A DNA stretch of 64,000 nucleotides, taken from NCBI GenBank assembly GCA_012295275.1, contig CM022672.1, positions 32,426,001 through 32,490,000 of the forward strand. Reading direction: 5' to 3'. This document shows, piece after piece, positions 54,329 through 64,000 of the stretch (within the stretch, counting starts at the first letter, position 1; each line of letters starts with the position of its first letter). The position numbers and the translations under genes were made by a program. The notes beneath the pieces were generated by a model. That model was given only the letters and a program-made list of their open reading frames with translations, had not been told where the DNA came from and ran no database searches. The stretch is from Chrysomallon squamiferum. Taxonomy: Eukaryota > Animalia > Mollusca.

Positions 54329-57300
54329 ACTCGGTGTGAAAACACGTAAACTTTGTTACCTTAGAAATTGATATGCTGCAATATTACATAACTTTCTAAC
54401 TGCTACTGCGAAACATTAATCGATGTTAATACTGAAAGAGAAAAACGGCATATTAAAAGAATTTTACGTTATCGCTTATTACAAGACAATGATCATTTTA
54501 AGTGGTCTAAAGGTATTAACTATAGAAACTTTAAATTAGAACATTATCTGTTGAAATAGTCACACCAAAATGCTACAATAACATGTAACTTTAAAACAGT
54601 TAATGTGAAACAGTAAAGGATTTAATACTGGAAAGGAAAAAAAGGTATCTGTATTTTTATGATGAATCTAAACTGCCTGGCGTACTTCACTTCTTGTAAC
54701 CATATTATAAATGCTAAATTAAGTCTCTCTCTTTTTTATTCTTTTTAACGGTAATTCTAGATGAATGTACTTTTTTAATGTGTACATTACATATATACCG
54801 GTAATGTGAAACATTAATGGGAGTAATAATAAAAAAGAAAACAAATGAAATCTGTAATTTCAGAGTATATGTTTACCGTACATCTTCACACACTCACACA
54901 CAGAGACGCAGATGCACACACCATAGTATTGTGTGTGTGTCTGTGTGTGTGTGTCTGTGTGTGTGTGTGTGTGTGTCTGTGTGTGTGTGTGTCTGTGTGT
55001 GTGTCTGTGTGTGTGTCTGTGTGTGTGTCTGTGTGTCTGTGTGTGTGTCTGTGTGTGTGTGACTGTGTGTGTGTCTGTGTGTGTGTCTGTGTGTGTGTCT
55101 GTGTGTGTGTCTGTGTGTGTCTGTGTGTGTGTGTCTGTGTGTGTGTCTGTGTGTGTGTCTGTGTGTGTGTGTCTGTGTGTAAACACAGAGACACATACAT
55201 TCACACCCACAGTCATTCACGAACAGGCGTAAAGAAATGAACGTACAACATTCTGGCGTTGTTTCAATTTGTAAAACAACGTTTCTATTCATTTACAACG
55301 TTGTATTTTTCTCTGTAGTTTCAACAGAAAGATGCGGAAACTGACAAAATGCGCTCGCGTTTATATGTTTCGGTTGTCATAGAAATAATTGTGTTACCGT
55401 AGCTCTCGTAACCGAGTTGTATAGCAATACAAAATAATGTTAGTATTTGTAGTAGCTCTTGTAGTAGTAGTAATAGTTTGTGTTCTATTTGAGGGATGTG
55501 ATAGTTGTCGCAGCCGTTATAAGTGATGATGACTGAAGCAGTAGTAACAGTATTATAGTAATAAAACTAACAGTACTGATAGCAGCAGTAGTAATAGTGG
55601 TAGCAGTAGCTGAAGTAGTAGTAGTTACAACAGTCGTGGTAGGAACAGTATTATAACCACTGTCACCATAGCTACGCTTATATTAACCTACTAATCCTAA
55701 ACTCAATACCATCATTATACGACCAGATATACATCAACCATCCCAGAAAAAAAGCCTCAGAAAAAAACCCCAAAAGCCTACAATTCCCCCCCCCCCAAAT
55801 AACAAAAATACAATTACTATTATTACTACAACTAGAGCCAAAACAAAACTATAGATCGGTAGTAGTGGTAGTAGTAGAAAGAGTAGTTAAACAGTAGCAG
55901 TAGTAGTAGCAATAGTAGTTATAACAATAATAATAATGACAGTAGTAGTAGTAGCAATAGTAGTTATAATAATAATAATAATAATGACAGTAGTAGTAGT
56001 AGTAGTAATAACAATAATATTGATGATAGTAGTAGTAGTTGTTGTAAAAATGAAACAATGAAAAAAGGTCAAAAAAGAAAGAAAATAAAAAACAACAACA
56101 ACAACAAAATAAAAAAATAAAAAAGAATAAAATAAATTATAATAAAGTAAATTCACCAGCTGTTTTATGACTTATTTGTATTTCATATTTATTTACTACT
56201 TTGTATTTACACGTCTACAAATACAAACTATTAGAATTTTGTCACCTGCCTACTCACTTATTTTGTTCTAACAGTCAAACGCTATGCTTTCATCCTCGTT
56301 TTTCTTTCTCTTTTTTTTTCCAACCTTCTCCTTCTTCGCACTGTCTGTACTGACATGTTCTTAATAAGCAAGGTAAACCGCAGACACGTCAGTTTATTGT
56401 TCCAAGGACACGCGGTTCTAAAGACAAATTCTGCTACTACATTAGACTGAACTTATAAACACGAGTAGAGACCCGGCATTAATCTGCAAGACGTGTGTGA
56501 ATGTAGCGCGGAGTCGACACCGGGAGACATGGAATTTCAGTTCAGTGTGGCTGATGGTTTCAGTCACAGAGTGAACGCCGTGTAGGAGTTGAACAGTCGC
56601 AGAGAATAAATACATCGACAGGCGTACTGACTCTACTGAACAACGAGCGGCTTCAATACCTGAAACTCATAATCATCGAGACTATGAAGAAGGGGGAGTC
56701 AAACCCCCTCCAAAGTGAGCCAACACAGACATGAATTTTAGGGCAAAACTGTGTTTTTAATCGGTGCAAAATTTATCTGACAAACAAGGGAATGCAACCC
56801 AGTTACTTGTGTTTTTATTCTGTGTAAAGAAACCCGTATATTCCAACCCCTCTACCGCAGCTCACTGGTCAAAAAGAACTCATACACCCACGTTTATAAT
56901 GAATGATATAACATGTGTATTAAATACATAATACATTATTACTCGAAGAGAACCCATACACACACTTTCGTAATGAATGATATAATGTATTTAATACATA
57001 ATATATTATACTAATTATCAAATGTAATCCTTACGCTGGCGTTCATAATGAATAATATATAATACATTTTAAATACATAATAATATAGACATTAAAAATA
57101 TCATATTTTCAGATTGAGTTTATATATATAAAATAAATATTTATAGCCTTTACCCAAATTATTATTATTATTAGTAGTAGTAGTAGTAGTAATAGTAGTA
57201 GTAGTAGTAGTACTAATAGTAGTTATAGTAATTGAAGTACCAGTAGTAGTAGTTGTAGTAATAGTAGTAGTAGTGTATTATACATTATTTTAACGTTTCT

Positions 57301-58381
57301 ATCACAAATATAAAACACATCATCATTATCGACATTATTATATTACTAGTACTCTATTATTATTATTATTATTATTTATTTAGTTAGTTTGTAGTAGTAG
57401 TAGTAGTTGTTGTTGTTGTTGTAGTTGTCTTATTAGTAGTAGTAGCATAAATGTGTTAATCGGGTTAAGATTGCAATATAAACATTCTAAATTAATGTCA
57501 GTTTCGTAATATATTCTTTTAAAAAAAAAACACCAGTATTTAGGCGTATAGAAGAATTACCAGTATTATTATTATATATAACTTAGCATCAGAGTTTTAT
57601 CTGTTAACGTGGAACTGGGAAAAATCAAACGCTTATCTGATTATGTGTCATCTGCTACAGCAGTATTTTCACAAGATTCAGCGTTTCTATCCGTCTCAGA
57701 CATATTCACACATACGAGGGATTAGAGCATGTATTTATATTTATATATGCACTTAAGACCTGGCTCTAACTAATTTCTGACGACACATACAAAAATGGAA
57801 TATTCAACTTGCCAGTCCCATGTTTCCAGGAAAACACAGATGCACACAGAAATAACGAAAGTCAAAATACGGCGTGCTTTGTGGGAAGCGGTGATTACCC
57901 TCAGTTACTGGGCAATCTTTTCAAGGTTGTCTTCATGGCCGGACGGTGACGTTGTCAGCGGTATCTGACGGGGTTTGTGAGGTCGTGATTGGACTTTGTC
58001 TTCCTGTGGTAGCGCCGTACTATTATCAAAACACTAATGAAACGTACATAAAAAATACTCAATCCTAAATTAACACAAACAGAGAGACAGAGACACAGAC
58101 AACAACACATGCAAATTGCGAGGCTACATATAACAGTAGATTAGTGAGCTCTGAGTAACCAGATCTCCACCTTCCATCTGAGTTTGTTATTATTTTTTTT
58201 CTAAACTAACCTTTCATAAGTATGAAGTACTAAAGGAATATAACATATCGGTGTATATAATATACACTTTATTCTGTTTCAACAGTGTATTAATATAGAT
58301 CATACAGAGTAATTCCTATTAGCAATTGAGTAATAATCATAATCATAACAACAACAACAACAACAACAACAGGAACAACAA

Positions 58382-58426
<45 letters not shown>

Positions 58427-58529
58427 CCTGTTATTTAATGATCACCATTCACAGTAAATGTCGAGTAACAAACACGTCGTGTTTCACAGTCTTCATTTAG
58501 CACACAACAAACGTGTTTACTTGAGTTAT

Positions 58530-60445
58530 TTCCCTTTAGCGTTTCGAATTTTTTCTTAATTAATTGTATATTTTGAATAAAAGCTTTTGATACAACATCG
58601 ATTAATTATTAAAAAAACAACATATTCTTACTTTGGAGTTTCAAATCAAACATGGATATCAACCTTTTCTAATAAACAGGAATCGTGTTTATACATAAAT
58701 GGTAAGATTACTAAACGCTTAAAACGTGACACAGGATATAGAAAAGGGGATCACTGCGTTTTCATTTTGTGTGTTGAGAGTCTTGGAATCTTGGTAAGAA
58801 ATAAGTAACATATATATATACGGTATTGAGATAAACGGCAATGAATTCAAAATTTCACAGTTCGCCGACGACACAGTATTGCTATTAGGTTGGTGTGATA
58901 AAACTCTGTGAGCATCTGCGGAAACAAAATGTTTGATCGATGTATCTGGTCTTAAAGTTAATGCGTATCAAACAAACATAATAAACTTAGGGAAATACCA
59001 AATTAATCATAAAATAATGTGATCAAAACAAAAATTAAAATGGACTACAGAATTTACAATACTTATGGTACAGTTTTCCACGGATCTGTATCAAGTACAA
59101 GAATTAAACTTTAATGCAAAGTTGAACGAGGTTAAAAGACTGCTTGAACAATGGTCAAAATGTTCGTAGTCTCCTCTAAGAAAAATTTCTGGAATCAAAA
59201 GTTTAGTTTTATCGAAAATTGTTTGTTTGTTGTTTTTTTTCACTGCCAAATCTAACAAACTATTTCTTTAAAATATTAGAAACCTATTTTGTTTCAGTTT
59301 ATTTGGAATAAAAAACCTGATAAAATAGCTAGAAAAAAAATAAACACCCGCTGTCCCATTATTTGACTATTATCAAAATGGTTGTTTAAGAGCACTAATT
59401 GTTAAGTTACTTTTTAATGTGTAAAAGACATCGTGGATTAAAGACATAAATTTTAGCCAAGACATTGCCTCTCTTTTGAGTAACTGATTTGAAAGAAAGT
59501 AATTATCCATCTTGGATGACTCAGCCATTGCTAGTGGATCTGAAAGATGTAACCATGGAGTATCAAGGAGAACTTTCAGAATTACAAAATGATGACTCGA
59601 TTAAAGCCCTGTTCAAAATAAAAGGAACAATTATGTGGCTATGTGAAGAAACACAAGCTAAATGTCCAAATACAAGTAGTTTGGCAAGAAAACTACTGTT
59701 ACCATTCCGATCGTCATACTTAGTGGAATGTGGATTTAGTGCTGTGAATACTTATTACTGAAGAAAAGAAACCGACTTGATATCACTAAACGAGGCGACT
59801 TGAGATTGAAATTAAAAAAATTTCTGCCTCGGATAAAATCTCTTTGCAGTAGACATCAGGCTCAAGGGTTTCATTAATTCATTGTAATTGAATTTATTTA
59901 ATCTGATGGTAGATATGTTATACACATTCTAAAATGGATTTTATTTGATTAAATTTGAAGTTAAACGCTTTAGTTTTATTTGAAAGATACAATTTTTTAT
60001 GTTATGCTACTTCAAAACTGATATTGTTATATCATACTAAACAATTAACGGGTGGGGGAGATGAAGAAATTTGTCATAAAAAGTGGGGCATAGTACTAAA
60101 ATGGTTGGGAACCACTGATCTAGAGCTTCACTGACATTATATTTAGGATCAGCCTACTGTTAAGCAAAATTGCTGAAACGCACAAATTCCTTTTGGAAAA
60201 ATGCATTACACATACGGTCAACCTCTCTAGAGAAATGTGAAAGCAGAAGGGACAAGATAATAATACTACGTCAACAGATGTAATATAATGTTCGCATTAA
60301 AACTGATAATAAATCAGCTTATTATAAGACAGTGGCAAAGAAAGGAATTTTGTTTTTAAAAGCTCTTTTTGCTAACGACAACTGGATTTCATGCGTTACA
60401 TTTTGTAGAAAAGAAAACATAACTTAAGACCACAATTTTATATTT
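58530..60445 (+). mobile_element. Duplicate L1/Tx1-like LINE with nested hAT (hAT ~59450-60117)
   Basis: Copy of 49820-51740. ORF 59489-59761 differs from 50783-51055 by one residue (M/I). Confidence 0.8.
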
Positions 60446-60645
60446 NNNNNNNNNNNNNNNNNNNNNNNNNNNNNNNNNNNNNNNNNNNNNNNNNNNNNNN
60501 NNNNNNNNNNNNNNNNNNNNNNNNNNNNNNNNNNNNNNNNNNNNNNNNNNNNNNNNNNNNNNNNNNNNNNNNNNNNNNNNNNNNNNNNNNNNNNNNNNNN
60601 NNNNNNNNNNNNNNNNNNNNNNNNNNNNNNNNNNNNNNNNNNNNN
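60446..60645. other. Assembly gap (200 N)
   Basis: Run of N. Confidence 1.
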
Positions 60646-60896
60646 ATAAGTTATTAAAATTTGATACTATCACTCATCAAGTGTAAATTTTTTGAAATGA
60701 AAGTAATTAATAATTTTATCATAAATGTTTCAAGTTTTACATCGTCTCTTTATGTAAATAAGCAATTAAATCTAACTTTAACCTGATACCTAGCATAAAC
60801 ACTAACCCTAACTCCAATCCTATCCCAAATGATAATCCTGAACTTAACACTATACTGAACAAAACCCCCAAATCTAACCCATACGCTATCCATAAC

Positions 60897-61070
60897 CTTA
60901 ATAAGTAATAAGTGTAGCTTACATAAGTAATAAGTGTGTCTTAGAAAAGTAGTAAGTGTATTTTAGTTAAGTGATAAGTTAATATAGAAAAGTAGTGAGT
61001 GTATCTTAGATAAGTGATAGGTTAGAGAAGTAACAAGTGTATCATGGATATGTAATCAGTGTATCTTACA
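60897..61070. repeat. Degenerate ~21-bp minisatellite
   Basis: Recurrent taagt(a/g)ataagtgtatctta units. Confidence 0.65.
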
Positions 61071-61219
61071 TTAACTTGTATTATGTATGTTTATTACTAG
61101 TTATCTATTTTTATAGATATATAGTTAGATAGATGCATACATACATACATACATACATATAGATATATAGATAAAGCAAACAAAATTACTTATCTTAAAA
61201 CTACAAAGTTGTTGTAATC

Positions 61220-61865
61220 AACAGACAGCAGTTATCTTCTTACATATGTTCTTCATTAGACAGCTGCATCCGATAAACATGAATTAAATTATTTGTTCAG
61301 TAGATGGCTACATCCAACATGAATGACTTATCATCTGTCTTTGTTAGACAGCTACATCCAACAAAAAATGAATTAAATTATTTATTCAGTAGACAGCTAC
61401 ATCCAACATGAATGACTTATCATTATTCTTCATTAGACTGCTACATCCAATAAAAATGAATCAAACTATTTCTACATTAGACTGCCACATCCAGTAAAAT
61501 GAATTAAATTATTCAGTAGACAGCTACAGCCAATATGAATTACTAATCTTCTTTCTTCATTAGACTGCTGCATCCAATAAAAATGAATTAAATAATTTCT
61601 TGAGTAGACAGCTACATTCAATATGAATGACTTATCTTCTTCCTTTATTTCACTGTTTTTCTCCAATACAAATGACTTATCAACTTTTGCATCAGACTGC
61701 TATATCCAGTTAATAAGGCTTTTCTTTCTTCATTAGACTGCTACATCCAATTAGAATTACATAATTGGTTTCTTCATTAGAGGCTCCATCCAGTAAAACT
61801 GACTTATTTTCTTTCTTTATTAGACTGCTATATCTAATATGAATGACTTTATATTCTTTCTTCAC
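61220..61865. repeat. Degenerate ~40-45-bp tandem repeat with alternating subunits
   Basis: Recurrent (t/g)tagac(a/t)gctacatccaa followed alternately by aaaatgaattaaatta or catgaatgacttatc. Confidence 0.8.
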
Positions 61866-62424
61866 TGTACTCAAGTTCATCTAATTCCATTTCAGTGACT
61901 GAGAGATCCCTGATTCATAACTGAACAGTCTGGTATACTTGTATAATATTATAAAAAAAAAAAAAAAAAAAAAAGAAACAAAACTGATCACAAACATAAA
62001 AAAAAGAAAAAAGAAAAGTAGAATGATGCACAAAAACATAAAAACAAAACAAATTGTTATTATTACCACTACTGATACTGTTACTACCACAAGTACTACT
62101 ATTACTAATATCATTATTATGAAATTGCTACAATTATTATTATCACTACTATTACTACTAGTACAATTATTACTGTCATATACTAAATGTATTACTGTTA
62201 TTACTATCAGTATTACAGTTACTATTACTACTATCATTACTATTATGCTACTATTTCGGCAGCTACTATTACTATGTTAATTATAGTTACTACTGCCATC
62301 ACTACTCCCCCTGCTACCAAAAGTAATTACTAACACTACCATAAATGTTTTATGTTATTAGATATCTTTAAATAATATACAATCCAGTACAAGCTATTTA
62401 GTTTTAAATCTATATATAAATCTG

Positions 62425-62456
<32 letters not shown>

Positions 62457-62739
62457 TATATGTGTGTCTCCCTATATTTATATATGCGTGTGTATGCATA
62501 CATATATAAACACATACATATACACATATATAAAATATATCTAAAGAGCACTTTGATATACATTACAATGGTAAAAATACATACATACATACTGACCTAC
62601 CTACCTACATATATATACATAACATACATACATACATACATTCATATATTTATATAAATGTATGTATGTATGTATGTCTGTATGTATTCATGTATGTATG
62701 TATGTTATGTAGTTTAGCATCAGACTCTGCACGTAGACT

Positions 62740-63497
62740 TTATTCAGGAATGTACTGGCACAGGAGGACAAAGTCCAATCATCACCTCACAGAGCCTGTC
62801 AAATATAACTGATGAGACTTATGACACGAACTTATGACACCCATTCAATTGCACAAAAAAAGGCTGACAATGTTACCAGTGTTACTGTTCAGCCATCAAG
62901 ACAACCTATAATATATACACATGCACACAGACATACATACAGATTGTATGTGTGTGTGTGTTATATACAAAGATACACACATTCACATACACAGAGAAGT
63001 GCATGTGTTTGTATGTATGTGTTTATATATATATACACACATACATATACATTTGAACAGACATAAATACATGTGTATGTATGTATGTATATACATATAC
63101 ACACAGATATATATATATATACATATATATATACACAGACATACATACACACATATATATGTAATTACATATCTGCGTGTATCTGTATATTTGTCTATAT
63201 ACACACACCCATACCCACACACATACATATAACTGTGCGTGTTTGTGTGTGTGTCTGTGTATGTGTGTGCTACAAACATGAGTCCATTATGGATAAGTTA
63301 TGCCTTTATGCGCAAAAATATAATAGTTAACATAATTCCACTTTAGTAGCAGTAATGGTAATAGTAATAGTAGTATTTGCAGAAACAGTTGCAGTAGCAG
63401 GCACGATACTAGTAATAGTAGTGGTAAATAAATAAATAGATAAATACATGTCCTACTAACATTAAAAACAAAAAACAACATGTAGTTCTTTATAAAC

Positions 63498-63553
<56 letters not shown>

Positions 63554-64000
63554 TTAGTACAATCACAAATTCACAAAACCTGTCAAATGTTGGTGACAAG
63601 ACTCAAACTTGTAACACCCATTCACCCGCACTCCAAATGTAGATCATGTTACCATTCGTCCATCTAGACAATCTATAATATATACACACACATACAATGT
63701 ACAGATATAAACAAAATTATGTAGATGTGTGGTATGTGTATTGTGTGCACACATACATACCCACCCAAATATACATGCAGACACACATGCACATACATAT
63801 CTGTGTGTGCATGCATGCTATAAACATGAGCTAATTATGGTACTTCATGCATTTTGTGTAAAAGATATAATAGCAATAATAATTCCACTGTTAATAGCAG
63901 TAATGATAATAGTAGCAGTGGTAACTGAAGTATCAGTAATGGTAGCAGGGACCATAGTTGTAGTGGTAAATAAATAAATAGATAAATAATGTTAATACTA
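62740..64000 (-). pseudogene. Two tandemly duplicated decayed EGF-like exons with introns (~770-bp period)
   Basis: Phase-1 acceptors ttatag|G CLDG* (62905) and ttatag|D CLDGR (63672), plus NGCYKFESCHQHLTGFCEF. The flanking intron blocks (tgcta.aaacatgag..ttccact..gtggtaaataaataaatagataaata) are duplicated. Confidence 0.45.

Larger units (their letters stand above)
51857..60445 (+). repeat. Near-identical tandem copy of 43148-~51740 (offset ~8708)
   Basis: Same satellite variant order, same actcggtgtg exit (45621 vs 54329), and the same microsatellites, LINE and hAT. Differences are mainly homopolymer or microsatellite length and a few SNPs. Confidence 0.95.

Noticed and set aside
60780-60900. 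Telomeric repeat
   Set aside because: Only a few degenerate cctaac-like hexamers, with no true (TTAGGG)n array.

Overview
AT-rich, microsatellite-dense animal genomic DNA, probably a lophotrochozoan such as a mollusc (inferred from gene and repeat content only). It has spliceosomal introns and two 200-N gaps (36719-36918, 60446-60645). Main content: (1) a locally expanded BTB-BACK-PHR (BTBD1/2/3/6-like Cul3 adaptor) cluster, with two intact 2-coding-exon genes on the minus strand (432 aa and 423 aa) on a segmental duplication and two decayed, inverted PHR fragments; (2) three consecutive exons of an EGFR/ErbB-like receptor (L2 and start of cysteine-rich domain IV), cut by the gap at the 5' end and running into a (TTA)n-encoded poly-Leu tail and stop at the 3' end; (3) a 38/37-bp satellite (about 8.2 kb) with higher-order periods, plus a near-identical ~8.7-kb tandem duplication whose breakpoint lies in the satellite; (4) many transposon remnants (L1/Tx1-like and I/Jockey-like LINEs, hAT, MULE/FLYWCH, pogo-like) and decayed EGF-like exons. 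The best lead for new biology is the BTBD family. Its paralogs diverge mainly in the PHR domain, one has a clean 14-aa deletion at the BTB/BACK (3-box) junction, and the other has a compact kB-like/CRE/ISRE cluster upstream. All calls were made by eye, and no database searches were run.
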